Source: Planctomycetota bacterium
GTDB taxonomy: Bacteria; Planctomycetota; MHYJ01; JACPRB01
Reading direction: 5' to 3'
DNA length: 64,000 bases
Assembly (NCBI GenBank): GCA_016209705.1
Contig: JACQVR010000065.1
Coordinates: forward strand, 965 to 64,964
The position numbers and the translations under genes were made by a program. The notes beneath the pieces were generated by a model. It ran no database searches. It worked only from the letters and a program-made list of their open reading frames with translations, and was not told the DNA's origin. Shown in pieces: positions 9,322 through 18,596 of this stretch (its first letter is position 1; the number at the start of each line of letters is the position of its first letter).

Positions 9322-10130
9322 GCGCGTTCTTCGCCGAAAGGCCCCTCGTTCTGGCGATTCTCGTCGCCCACGGGATGGCGTTGCTCCTTTGGACGGCCGG
9401 CGCCGTTTTGAAGAAGAAAGGCCTGCGGGTGGGAGCCGGAGTCGTGTTCGGAGTCGCCTTCCTTCTCAACACGGCGGTGATCGCCCAGCGCTGGATCGAG
9501 GCGGGGCGGGCGCCGTTCAAGACGCTGTACGAAACGCTGCTCTTTTATCCGTGGTGCGTGGCGTTGGTAACGCTGGTTCTCCTCGCCCTTTATCGCCTGG
9601 GCGTCTTGATCCCTTTCGCTTCGGCGGCGTGCGCGGGAGGACTCCTCTACGCCGCGTCGCGGCCGGATGTCGAGATCGTCAATCTTCCGCCGGCGCTTCA
9701 GAGCGGATGGTTCGTGCCTCACGTGGTGACGTACTTCGTGGCGTACGCGGCGCTCTTCGCGTCGTTCGCGCTCTCGCTTCTGGCGCTCGTTCGTCCGGCG
9801 TGGAAATCGGAAGGCGGCGAGGCGGGATTCGAGGAGTACGCCCATCGCGCCGTGATGTTCGGTTTCGCGGCGCTCACCATGGGCCTGGTCATGGGCGCGA
9901 TATGGGGCAAGGAAGCCTGGGGCGATTACTGGTCCTGGGATCCCAAGGAGAACTGGGCGCTGGTGAGCTGGCTGGCGTACCTGATCTATCTCCATCTGCG
10001 CCTGGTGAAAGGTTGGCGCGGGCGTCCCGCGCTCGTGGTCTGTCTCCTGGCCTTTGTCGCGGTCGTCTTCACGTATCTGGGGATGAGCTCGCTTCCCTCT
10101 GCATCGGATAGCCTGCATGTTTACCAGTAG
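9318..10130 (+). CDS. ccsA: Cytochrome c assembly protein CcsA/ResC (System II heme lyase subunit)
   Basis: WWD-domain motif WGDYWSWDPKENWALVSWLAYLIYLH; multiple TM helices; translationally coupled to resB. Confidence 0.85.
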   Translation: MSAFFAERPLVLAILVAHGMALLLWTAGAVLKKKGLRVGAGVVFGVAFLLNTAVIAQRWIEAGRAPFKTLYETLLFYPWCVALVTLVLLALYRLGVLIPFASAACAGGLLYAASRPDVEIVNLPPALQSGWFVPHVVTYFVAYAALFASFALSLLALVRPAWKSEGGEAGFEEYAHRAVMFGFAALTMGLVMGAIWGKEAWGDYWSWDPKENWALVSWLAYLIYLHLRLVKGWRGRPALVVCLLAFVAVVFTYLGMSSLPSASDSLHVYQ

Positions 10131-10632
10131 GAAGACCTTGATCGTCGTCGGAATGGCGGCGCTGACGAGCGCCGCGGTCGTGGCGCAGATGACGGGCCGC
10201 GGCGCGAGCGATGTGACGCAGCCGCTGGCGTTCAATCACAAACGCCACATCGAAGAAGGCATGAGTTGCCTGGACTGCCACAAGGGGGCCGACCAGCGGG
10301 CCGAGGCCGGGTTTCCTCCGATCCGGAGCTGTCTCTTGTGCCACTCGGAAGCCAAGGGAACCCATCCCGACGAACCCAAGATCCGGGAATTCGCGGAGCG
10401 CAAGGAGTCCATCCCATGGATTCGGGTGAACCGCATGCCGGGCCATGTCTATTTCTCCCACGCGGCCCACGTGGCGTACGCCAAGATGGACTGCCGCGAA
10501 TGCCACGGAGAGATGAAGGACCGCACCGAGCCCGTCACCCGGTCTCAGGTGGACCATTTGAACATGAACCGGTGCATGGCCTGTCACGACTCGAAAGGGG
10601 TCAGCACCGATTGCCTGCGGTGTCACAAATGA
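10117..10632 (+). CDS. Pentaheme cytochrome c, membrane-anchored (ActA/QrcA-like)
   Basis: CLDCH, CLLCH, CRECH, CMACH, CLRCH; N-terminal anchor/signal MFTSRKTLIVVGMAALTSAAVVAQ; stop overlaps next start (ATGA at 10629-10632). Confidence 0.8.
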   Translation: MFTSRKTLIVVGMAALTSAAVVAQMTGRGASDVTQPLAFNHKRHIEEGMSCLDCHKGADQRAEAGFPPIRSCLLCHSEAKGTHPDEPKIREFAERKESIPWIRVNRMPGHVYFSHAAHVAYAKMDCRECHGEMKDRTEPVTRSQVDHLNMNRCMACHDSKGVSTDCLRCHK

Positions 10633-13049
10633 ACCAGGAACGCGAGACGAAGTGGGGCCGGCGGGAATTCCTGACCGCGGCGGGCGCCGCCGCGGGAGGG
10701 CTCACGCTGGCGGGTTGTTCCGAGAAGGGAGATCCCTACGCCTTGGAGAAGTCGGGGGTTCCCGGGGAGTCCACGTGGAGCCGCGGCGAGGAGAAGTGGA
10801 TCGCCACCGCCTGCGGCATGTGTGCGGCGGGATGCGGCATTCGCGTGCGGGTGGTCGAAGGCCGGGCGGTGAAGATCGAGGGCCATCCGGATTGTCCGCT
10901 GAACCGCGGCGGCGTCGGACCCAAAGGTCAATCGGGACTACAACTGTTGTACCATCCGGACCGGATCCGCGGGCCCTTGCGTCGCGACGGCGCCAGAGGA
11001 TCGGGAAGCTGGAAGCGGGTTTCGTGGGATGACGCCCTGGGAGAGATCGGACGCGCGCTTCGCGAGCTGCGCTCCCAGGGGGAATCGCGCGGCGTGGTCG
11101 TCCTCGACGGCGAACCGCGGGGGATGATGCCGCAGTTATGGGATCGCTTTCTCGAGGCGTACGGGAGCCCCAACCACATCGATCATCACTCCGCGACGGA
11201 CGGCGGAAAGGTCCTCGCGACGGCGTACATGCACGGCGTGCCCGAACTGCCCGCGTACGACTGGGAAAACACGCAGTATGTCCTCGGATTCGGCGCGAGC
11301 CTGTTCGAATCGTGGTGCCAGTCCATTCATTTCATGCGCGCGGCGGTCCACATGCGCCGCGGCGTCCCGGGCCGGCGGGCCAAATTTGTCCAGGTCTCGC
11401 CCCGCTTCTCGGTGACGGCCGCGCGCGCCGACGAGTGGGTGCCCATCGAGCCGGCCACGTACGGAGCCCTCGCGCTCGGCTTGGCGCACGTCTTGATCAA
11501 GGAAGACCTCTACGACGAAGCGTTCGTCCGCGATCACACGTTCGGATTCGAGCCCTGGAAGGATGAGGAAGGGAAGGCGCATCGAGGGTTTCGAGATCTA
11601 GTTCTGGAGGACTATCCGCCCGATAAAGTATCCCCAATCACCGGCGTTCCCGTCGAGACGATCGTGCGCCTGGCGCAGGAAATGGCCGCGCATCGACCCG
11701 CCATTTCGCTGGCGGACGGTGGCGCGGCGGCCGCCACGAACGGATTGGGAACGGCCATGGCGATCCATGCCCTCAACGCTTTGCTGGGAAACCTGGAGCG
11801 TCCCGGAGGAATGATCGTCCAGCGGGCCGCGCCTCTGGCGCCATGGAAAGCCGTCGAGGCGGATGAAACGGCCCGAAAGAACCGGCAGGCGCCGAGAATC
11901 GACGGGACGGGAGACGGGGCTTGCCCGCTCGGAAGAGGTTTCATCCAGGGTCTTCCCGAAACCGTCCTCTCCGGAAATCCCTATCCCGTCAAAGCGCTGT
12001 TTCTTTATCGGTCCAATCCTGTTTTCTCGAAACCCGACGGCCGCCGCTGGGCGGAAGCGATCCAAAAGATCCCGCTCGTGGTGAGCTTTTCCCCCCTGCC
12101 CGATGAGTCCACGTTTTGGGCCGACTTCATCCTGCCGGAATCCACGTACTTCGAACGGTGGGAGATCGTCGAACCCGTCCCCAGCGTGGGCCATCCGGTG
12201 GTGACGTTTCGCCAGCCCGTCGTCGCCCCTCTGTACGACACGATGGCCGCGGGCGACGCGCTGATCCGTCTGGCGAACGCGGTGGGCTCTCCCGTGGCGG
12301 ACGCCTTCCCCTGGGAAAGCTACCGCAAGGCGCTCGAAGAGCGGATCAAAGGTTTCCTGGGAAAAGAAGGGTCGACGGCCGCGACGAAAATGTCGGCCTT
12401 GATCAAAGGACTTCAAAAGGATGGAGGATGGTGGGCTCCCGGATACTCGTTTGAGAAATGGGAGACGGCGTTTCCTACCCCCTCGGGCAAGTTCGAGTTT
12501 TATTCCCGGGAGATCGCCGGTCGGCTCGCGAAGGCGTTCCCGGATGCGGCCGCGCTGGAAAAGCATCTCGCCGGCGCGGGTGTGGCCACGCGCGGGGACG
12601 ACCTGTGCCTTCCTCATTGGGAGCCTCCGCGCTTTTCCGGCAGCGCCGGCGCCTATCCGTTCGTTCTCGTGGTTTATCGAGGGATCAACTACGCGGAAGG
12701 CGGCGTCCGCCACATCCCGGGGCTCCGTGAACTTCCCGGCTCGGGCCGCCTGACGTGGAAGGAGCGCATCGAATTGAACCCCGAGGATGCGCGCCACCTG
12801 GGCATCGACGACGGCACGCCGGTGCGGGTTGAATCTCCCGCGGGCGTGCGCGTTTTGTACGCTCAAATATTTGCGGGAGTTCGTCCCGGGACCGTTGCGC
12901 TTCCGCTCGGTCACGGACCTTGGCCCCCTGAGCCTACCTTGCAGGTCGCCGGCGGCTACGGCCTTCTGGACAATCTGAGCGATCCCTTGGGAGGCATCCT
13001 GGCGCTCCAGGGAACGCGGGTACGCATCCTCAAGGAGGAAGGGGTATGA
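10629..13049 (+). CDS. Molybdopterin-oxidoreductase (MopB) family catalytic-like subunit with Tat signal and N-terminal 4Fe-4S motif (ActB1/PsrA/QrcB-like)
   Basis: ATG 10629 (ORF-track upstream extension lies inside the cytochrome gene); twin-arginine GRREFLTAAGAAAGGLTLAGCS; CGMCAAGCG...HPDCPLNRG MopB FeS-binding N-terminus; ~807 aa. Confidence 0.8.
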   Translation: MNQERETKWGRREFLTAAGAAAGGLTLAGCSEKGDPYALEKSGVPGESTWSRGEEKWIATACGMCAAGCGIRVRVVEGRAVKIEGHPDCPLNRGGVGPKGQSGLQLLYHPDRIRGPLRRDGARGSGSWKRVSWDDALGEIGRALRELRSQGESRGVVVLDGEPRGMMPQLWDRFLEAYGSPNHIDHHSATDGGKVLATAYMHGVPELPAYDWENTQYVLGFGASLFESWCQSIHFMRAAVHMRRGVPGRRAKFVQVSPRFSVTAARADEWVPIEPATYGALALGLAHVLIKEDLYDEAFVRDHTFGFEPWKDEEGKAHRGFRDLVLEDYPPDKVSPITGVPVETIVRLAQEMAAHRPAISLADGGAAAATNGLGTAMAIHALNALLGNLERPGGMIVQRAAPLAPWKAVEADETARKNRQAPRIDGTGDGACPLGRGFIQGLPETVLSGNPYPVKALFLYRSNPVFSKPDGRRWAEAIQKIPLVVSFSPLPDESTFWADFILPESTYFERWEIVEPVPSVGHPVVTFRQPVVAPLYDTMAAGDALIRLANAVGSPVADAFPWESYRKALEERIKGFLGKEGSTAATKMSALIKGLQKDGGWWAPGYSFEKWETAFPTPSGKFEFYSREIAGRLAKAFPDAAALEKHLAGAGVATRGDDLCLPHWEPPRFSGSAGAYPFVLVVYRGINYAEGGVRHIPGLRELPGSGRLTWKERIELNPEDARHLGIDDGTPVRVESPAGVRVLYAQIFAGVRPGTVALPLGHGPWPPEPTLQVAGGYGLLDNLSDPLGGILALQGTRVRILKEEGV

Positions 13050-13867
13050 CGGAGCGCTCAGCCAACTTTGAAAAACCGTCGCGGCGAGGCGTGCTCGGGG
13101 CGATTCTCGGAGCACTGAGTTCCCCGATCGTCCTTTCCAGGCGGCTCTTCGCCGCGGCGGCTCGCCGGAAAATCAAGTGGGGAATGGTCATCGATCTGGA
13201 CAAGTGCACGGGATGCCGGGGGTGCGCCGCGGCGTGCCGGGCGGAGAACAACATCGCCACGGCCGGGCCCGAACGGGCCGAAGAAGGGCGCGGGATCTAC
13301 TGGATGGACCTGCTCACCGTGGAGGAGGGAGAATACCCCAACCTCCGCTCCCAGTTCATTCCCACGCCGTGCAATCACTGCGAGAACGCGCCGTGCGTGA
13401 AGGTCTGCCCGGTGGGCGCGACTTACATTAATGAGGAAGGAATCGTCGCTCAGATCTGGGCACGCTGCATCGGGTGCCGCTATTGCACGACGGCATGCCC
13501 TTACACGCGCCGGTACTTCAACTGGCAGGCGCCGTCATGGCCGGAGGAAGATCGGCAGCGTCTCAATCCCGACGTGGCCACGCGCCCCAAAGGCGTCGTC
13601 GAAAAATGCACGTTCTGTCACCATCGGATCCGCGCGGCGCGCGAGTCCGCCCGCGCGGAGGGGCGGTTGCTGTCCGATGCCGACGTGCGAAAGCTGCCGG
13701 CGTGCGCGCAATCCTGCCCCGCGGAAGCGATCGTCTTCGGGGATCTGAACGATCCGGAGTCTGAGGTGTCGCGCCTGGCCGCCAGCCCGCGGGCTTTCCG
13801 ATTGCAAGAGGAACTGGGCACGCATCCCAAGGTGGTCTATCTGCGGGAGGCCAAATGGCGGGAATAG
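13046..13867 (+). CDS. 4Fe-4S ferredoxin-type subunit (PsrB/NrfC/ActB2-like), Tat-like N-terminus
   Basis: SRRGVLGAILGA; Cys clusters CTGCRGCAAAC, CNHCENAPCVKVCP, CIGCRYCTTACP, CTFCHH, CAQSCP. Confidence 0.85.
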   Translation: MTERSANFEKPSRRGVLGAILGALSSPIVLSRRLFAAAARRKIKWGMVIDLDKCTGCRGCAAACRAENNIATAGPERAEEGRGIYWMDLLTVEEGEYPNLRSQFIPTPCNHCENAPCVKVCPVGATYINEEGIVAQIWARCIGCRYCTTACPYTRRYFNWQAPSWPEEDRQRLNPDVATRPKGVVEKCTFCHHRIRAARESARAEGRLLSDADVRKLPACAQSCPAEAIVFGDLNDPESEVSRLAASPRAFRLQEELGTHPKVVYLREAKWRE

Positions 13868-13872
13868 GAGCC

Positions 13873-15207
13873 ATGGAAATCGAGGAGCCCAGGTCGCCGA
13901 GGTTCACGTTCGAGGTGCAACCGATCTTCGAGCCGCTGCGGAGAACAGGGGCGGGATTTTATTGGGCGGCCGCGGCTCTGCTGGCCGTGGTGGCCTTTGG
14001 GGTTTACGCCTATGTGCGGCAGTATGTTTACGGCCTGGGCGTGACCGGCATGAACCGGCCCATGTACTGGGGCGTGTACATGGCGAACTTCGTCTTCTTC
14101 ATCGGCATCTCGCACGCGGGTACGCTCATTTCGGCGATCTTGCGGGTATCGGGAGCGGAGTGGAGGCGGCCGGTGACCCGCTGCGCCGAGGTGATCACCG
14201 TATTCGCCCTCATCTTCGGCGCCCTCTCGGTAATCCTGGATTTGGGCCGTCCCGACCGGCTCCTGAACGTGCTGCGGCATGGCCGCCTTCAGTCGCCCAT
14301 CCTGTGGGACGTTTGCTGCATCAGCACCTACCTCACGGGAAGCCTCATCTATCTTTATCTCCCGCTCATCCCGGACATGGCGATCTTGAGGGACCGAAAG
14401 GAAGGGCGAGTGTGGCTCTATCGGTTCCTCGCCATCGGTTACCGCGGGACGGCGGGGCAAAAGAAGCGCCTCGAATTCTGGATCGCCGTCATGGCCATCC
14501 TGATCATCCCGATCGCCGTCTCGGTGCACACGGTCGTCTCCTACATCTTCGCCACGACGCTCCAGCCCGGCTGGCACAGCACGATCTTCGGCCCCTATTT
14601 CGTCGTGGGCGCGATTTTCTCGGGGTTGGCGGCGCTCATGATCGCCATGGCGATCATCCGTCGCGGATTCCGTCTCGAAGGGGTCCTCAAGGACATTCAC
14701 TTCAACAATCTGGGACTGATCCTGCTGGTGATGACCTGTCTCATGATCTACTTCACGTTCAACATCTATCTGGTCGAGATCACCGGCAACGAACCTTTGA
14801 TCATGGCGTCGGTGCTGGCCAAGGTCAACGGACCGTATGCCGTGCCGTTTTGGGGGATGATCGTCGGCGGCATGATCGTCCCGGCCATCATTCTGGCTTT
14901 TCCCAAGGGACGCACCGTGACCGGGTGCGTCATCGCCTCGGTCTTGATTCTCGTGGCGATGTGGGTGGAGCGGTTCCTGATCGTAGTCCCCACGCTGATT
15001 CATCCGCGCCTTCCCTGGACCGCAGGTTCCTACGCCCCCACCTGGGTCGAATGGGCGATCACGGCCGGGTGCCTGGCCGCCTTCGCGTTGCTGTACCTGC
15101 TGTTCACCAAGGTGTTCCCGATCGTCTCGATCTGGGAGGTCCAGGAGGGCATCGATGAAGCCATTCCCAAGGTGCGGGAACGGTTCAAGCACTACATGCC
15201 GGACTGA
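13873..15207 (+). CDS. NrfD/PsrC-family polytopic membrane quinone-interacting subunit (ActC-like)
   Basis: Multiple TM helices; NrfD-family pattern; RBS aggag before ATG 13873 (alternative ATG 13855 overlaps upstream stop). Confidence 0.75.
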   Translation: MEIEEPRSPRFTFEVQPIFEPLRRTGAGFYWAAAALLAVVAFGVYAYVRQYVYGLGVTGMNRPMYWGVYMANFVFFIGISHAGTLISAILRVSGAEWRRPVTRCAEVITVFALIFGALSVILDLGRPDRLLNVLRHGRLQSPILWDVCCISTYLTGSLIYLYLPLIPDMAILRDRKEGRVWLYRFLAIGYRGTAGQKKRLEFWIAVMAILIIPIAVSVHTVVSYIFATTLQPGWHSTIFGPYFVVGAIFSGLAALMIAMAIIRRGFRLEGVLKDIHFNNLGLILLVMTCLMIYFTFNIYLVEITGNEPLIMASVLAKVNGPYAVPFWGMIVGGMIVPAIILAFPKGRTVTGCVIASVLILVAMWVERFLIVVPTLIHPRLPWTAGSYAPTWVEWAITAGCLAAFALLYLLFTKVFPIVSIWEVQEGIDEAIPKVRERFKHYMPD

Positions 15208-15234
15208 TCTCCCGCGAAAAGGGGGTGATCGCAC

Positions 15235-16785
15235 GTGACGTTGAAGGCGCGAATCACCCTGCTGGTGCTTCTGGCGACCTTGTCGGAAGCGATCCTCCTC
15301 GGCGTCATCGCGTACAACGGAGTCAGCAGCGTCTCTCGCAATTCCTTCGAATTGAGGCGGATCGTGTCGGTGATCGAGGAAACGAGGGCGCTCAATGCGC
15401 TGCTGTCCCATCTTTCGGATCCCGTCGAGCATGTGCTCAACGGCGGCCGCGACGCTCGCGAGCGGTTCCTCGGTTCCATGGACGATCTCCAGCGCAAGGT
15501 CGCGGGTTGCGCGGCCGCCACCTGTCACGGATACGACAAGCAGCCGCCCCGCATGGCGGGCGAGATGCTGCGCAGTCTCCAATCGATTCGGGCCGACGGG
15601 ACGCGCATCCTCTCCGCGTATCAGCCGGGCGATCCTCCGCCGCTGGCGGAGTGGGCCGAAGGAGTCGACCGTCCCGCGCGCCTGATTTCCCGCGCGACCG
15701 AACAGATGGCGGGAACGCTCATGAACCGCGCCCGCGAGGTCGACGCCGCCTCTCGGGAGACCGATCAGGCCTCGATCCTACTGGTGACGTTCGCCACGCT
15801 CTTCTGCATCGCCCTGTCGGTCGCGCTGGCTCGTCCCCTCGCGCGCGGCATGACCCGCCCGCTGGCGGGCTTGGTCGAGCAGACGCATCGGATCGCGGAG
15901 GGCAACTTCGAGATCCGCGCGAAGGAATCCGGACCGCCCGAGATCGCGACGCTGGCCCGCTCCTTCAACGCGATGCTCGACGCCCTCGGTCATTATCGGG
16001 ATGAATTGCTGGCCCATCGCAAGGAGTTGGAACTGACGGTCGAGGAACGCGTGACCGAACTGCGCCGCAAGGATGAAGACTTGAAGCGGGCCGGACGATT
16101 GGCGAGCGTGGGGCTGGCCGCAGGCGAAGTGGCCCACGATCTCAACAACCCTTTGACGAACATCCTGGTCAATTCCGACGTCCTCCTCGAATCGGCGGAC
16201 ACCCCCGGTCGTTCCCGGGGCCTCGTCGAGGACATCCGCCGGGACGCGGTCCGCTGCCGGGAAATCGCGGCCGGCATCCGGACGTTGAGCCGCGAGCCGG
16301 GGATCGAGATGACGTCGTGTGCGATCAAGGACTTGATCGAGGAGGCCATCCGCATGCTCCGGTTCAAATGGGGACCGCGGCGGATCGCCGTGAAGTACGA
16401 CTCGAACAACGGGCCGGCGGCATGTTTGTGCAGTCGTCCAGGGATGCTGCAATTGCTGGTGAACCTCATTGAGAACGCCATCGACGCGAGTCCCGACGAC
16501 GGCCTCGTGGAAATCCGCCTGCGTGCTTCGGAGGCCGCGATCGTCCTGGAGGTGCAGGATTACGGAGCGGGAATCCCGCCGGAGGCACGCAGATCCCTCT
16601 TCCGGCCTTTCTTCACGAGCAAGGCCGGGGGCACGGGGCTCGGGCTGGCGATCAGCCGGCGCATCGCGGTGCAGCATGAGGGATCGATCGAGTTCGAAAC
16701 GCGCACGGCCGCCGAGGATCCTGAGCGTCACGGAACGCTCTTCCGCGTGACGATCCCCTGCGGACGGGCTGCTGAGGTATCGTGA
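15235..16785 (+). CDS. Sensor histidine kinase (two TM/periplasmic sensor, HAMP, HisKA, HATPase_c)
   Basis: GTG start after aaggggg RBS; HAMP ARSFNAMLDALGHYRDEL; H-box EVAHDLNNPLTNI; G-boxes GTGLGLAISRRI. Confidence 0.8.
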   Translation: MTLKARITLLVLLATLSEAILLGVIAYNGVSSVSRNSFELRRIVSVIEETRALNALLSHLSDPVEHVLNGGRDARERFLGSMDDLQRKVAGCAAATCHGYDKQPPRMAGEMLRSLQSIRADGTRILSAYQPGDPPPLAEWAEGVDRPARLISRATEQMAGTLMNRAREVDAASRETDQASILLVTFATLFCIALSVALARPLARGMTRPLAGLVEQTHRIAEGNFEIRAKESGPPEIATLARSFNAMLDALGHYRDELLAHRKELELTVEERVTELRRKDEDLKRAGRLASVGLAAGEVAHDLNNPLTNILVNSDVLLESADTPGRSRGLVEDIRRDAVRCREIAAGIRTLSREPGIEMTSCAIKDLIEEAIRMLRFKWGPRRIAVKYDSNNGPAACLCSRPGMLQLLVNLIENAIDASPDDGLVEIRLRASEAAIVLEVQDYGAGIPPEARRSLFRPFFTSKAGGTGLGLAISRRIAVQHEGSIEFETRTAAEDPERHGTLFRVTIPCGRAAEVS

Positions 16786-16808
16786 AAGAAAGGGTTTCGT
16801 AAAGAGGT

Positions 16809-16887
16809 GGAACCGCCAAAACGCCGAATCGCCAAACGAGATCCACCGCAAGAAGTACCCGATGGCGCTTTAGCGCTTTGGCGGTTC
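16809..16887 (+). promoter_or_regulatory. Inverted repeat GAACCGCCAAA (16810-16820) / TTTGGCGGTTC (16877-16887) in kinase-regulator intergenic region; left arm is part of a ~27-nt motif also present at 30046-30088
   Basis: Read directly: gtggaaccgccaaaacgccgaatcgccaaa ... gctttggcggttcatc. Confidence 0.45.
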
Positions 16888-16900
16888 ATCTGAATAAAAC

Positions 16901-18334
16901 ATGGAAACGGAAGCGGCGATCCTGATCGTGGATGACGAGGAAGGCACGCGCGCCTCGCTCGCGCGCGCTCTCGATCAGCCGGGGTATCGGGTGCGCGGAG
17001 TGGAGTCCGCCGAAGCGGCGCTGGCCGCTCTGGAGAAAGAATCGTTCGACGTCATCCTCTGCGACATCCGCCTTGGAGGCATGGATGGGTTGGAACTCCA
17101 GAAGCGGATTCGCGCGGATCATCCCGACGTTCCCGTGGTGATGATCACGGCGTACGCCGCCGTCGAAACCGCGGTGCGCGCGCTGAAGCAGGGCGCCTAT
17201 GATTATCTGGCTAAACCTTTTTCCGCGGAAGAGGCGCGCAGCGCCGTCCACCGCGCCCTGGAGAGCCGCCGCCTGCGGCTGGAAAACGACTCGCTCCGCG
17301 AAGTGCTTCGCGGGTTCGCGGGCGAAGTGTGGGTCGGGAATTCCGCGCCGATACGGCGGCTTTATGAGGAGGCGGCCAAAGTGGCGCGCAGCAACGCCAC
17401 CGTCTTCATCAGCGGCGAAAGCGGAACCGGCAAGGAGATCCTGGCGCGATACCTGCACGCGCGCAGTCTTCGGGAGCGAGGGATCTTCGTGGCGCTCAAC
17501 TGCGCGGCCCTTCCGGAGAACCTGGCCGACTCGCAGATGTTCGGCCATGTGCGCGGGGCGTTCACCGGAGCGGTGGCGGATCAGCGCGGCCATCTCGAGC
17601 TGGCTCACGGGGGCACGCTCTTCCTGGATGAGATCGCGGACCTCAAGCTCGACGTCCAAGCCAAGCTGCTGAGGGTGCTGGAGGAACACCACTTTCGGCG
17701 GCTGGGTTCCGAGCGGGAGATCTCCGTGGATGTGCGGGTCCTCGCCGCCGCCCAGCGGAGTCCCGAACAGTTGGTCAAGGAGGGGAAGCTGCGGGAGGAC
17801 CTTTACTATCGGCTCGGGGCGATCCATCTCGAGGTCCCGCCGCTGCGCGAACGGCCGGGCGACATCGCGGATCTGGCGCTGCACTTCCTCGCGCGCTTCT
17901 CGCAGGAGCTCAAGAAGCCCGTCGAAGGATTGGAGCCGGAAGCGCTGAGTTTGCTCGAGAAGTATCCCTGGCCGGGGAACGTGCGGGAGCTCAAGAACGT
18001 GATGGAACGGGCGGCGCTCTTCGTCCAGGCGGGGAGCCGCGTCGGGATCGCGGATTTTCCGGAAAAGATCCGCCGGACTCCGGGCACGGCGCTCTTCGTG
18101 GTGGAGGCTCCTCAGCCGCTCCCGTTGCGGGAATTGTCCCGGCGCTACATCCGCCACGTGTTGGATTTGTGCGACGGCAACCAGGCGAAGGCCGCGCGCC
18201 TCCTGGAGATTTCCCCTTCCACGCTCTGGAGACATTTTTCAAAGACCGAGGCGGCCGCCTTGAAAGATGCCAAGGAGGCTACGCCCGGCTCGCGGGACAA
18301 GGTGCGGACGCCGCATCGTCCGGTGGGTCCATGA
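16901..18334 (+). CDS. Sigma-54-dependent response regulator (NtrC family: receiver + AAA+ + HTH)
   Basis: ILIVDDEEGTRASLARAL...CDIRLGGMDG receiver; [15 protein letters not shown] Walker A; GAFTGA motif; ESELFGH-like; C-terminal HTH. Confidence 0.85.
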   Translation: METEAAILIVDDEEGTRASLARALDQPGYRVRGVESAEAALAALEKESFDVILCDIRLGGMDGLELQKRIRADHPDVPVVMITAYAAVETAVRALKQGAYDYLAKPFSAEEARSAVHRALESRRLRLENDSLREVLRGFAGEVWVGNSAPIRRLYEEAAKVARSNATVFISGESGTGKEILARYLHARSLRERGIFVALNCAALPENLADSQMFGHVRGAFTGAVADQRGHLELAHGGTLFLDEIADLKLDVQAKLLRVLEEHHFRRLGSEREISVDVRVLAAAQRSPEQLVKEGKLREDLYYRLGAIHLEVPPLRERPGDIADLALHFLARFSQELKKPVEGLEPEALSLLEKYPWPGNVRELKNVMERAALFVQAGSRVGIADFPEKIRRTPGTALFVVEAPQPLPLRELSRRYIRHVLDLCDGNQAKAARLLEISPSTLWRHFSKTEAAALKDAKEATPGSRDKVRTPHRPVGP

Positions 18335-18341
18335 ATCTCCC

Positions 18342-18383
18342 GAAATAAACTTCCCCGCGGCTTGCCGCGGGGAAGTTTATTTC
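18342..18383 (+). terminator. Perfect 19-bp stem hairpin (gaaataaacttccccgcgg ctt g ccgcggggaagtttatttc) after regulator gene
   Basis: Perfect palindrome read directly; no long T tract, so a terminator or a regulatory hairpin. Confidence 0.5.
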
Positions 18384-18524
18384 ACATTCATGGGAAACGT
18401 GTCACGCTCGTGTGAAAAGCGCCTTTTCGCCATTCTGGACGTTTGATTTCATTTTTCGTCCCCTTCGGCTCGATTCCTTGTTCCACCCATGGAACGTTGT
18501 CGCCCTTGAGGGGCTTCCAGAGCA

Positions 18525-18540
18525 TGGCAAACGTTTTGCT
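18525..18540 (+). promoter_or_regulatory. Sigma-54 promoter TGGCAA-N5-TTGCT ~57 nt upstream of decaheme cytochrome gene
   Basis: tggcaaacgttttgct matches TGGCAC-N5-TTGCW (1 mismatch); immediately downstream of a sigma-54 activator gene; leader ~46 nt with RBS ggaaggag. Confidence 0.6.
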
Positions 18541-18596
18541 CTACCCCAAGAACACGGCAGAGGTTGTTTACTCCAAGACTCCGGAAGGAGAACGAC

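Noticed and set aside
10266-10628. 5' extension of the MopB ORF
   Set aside because: Lies entirely inside the pentaheme cytochrome gene; the Tat signal begins right after ATG 10629, which overlaps the cytochrome stop (ATGA).
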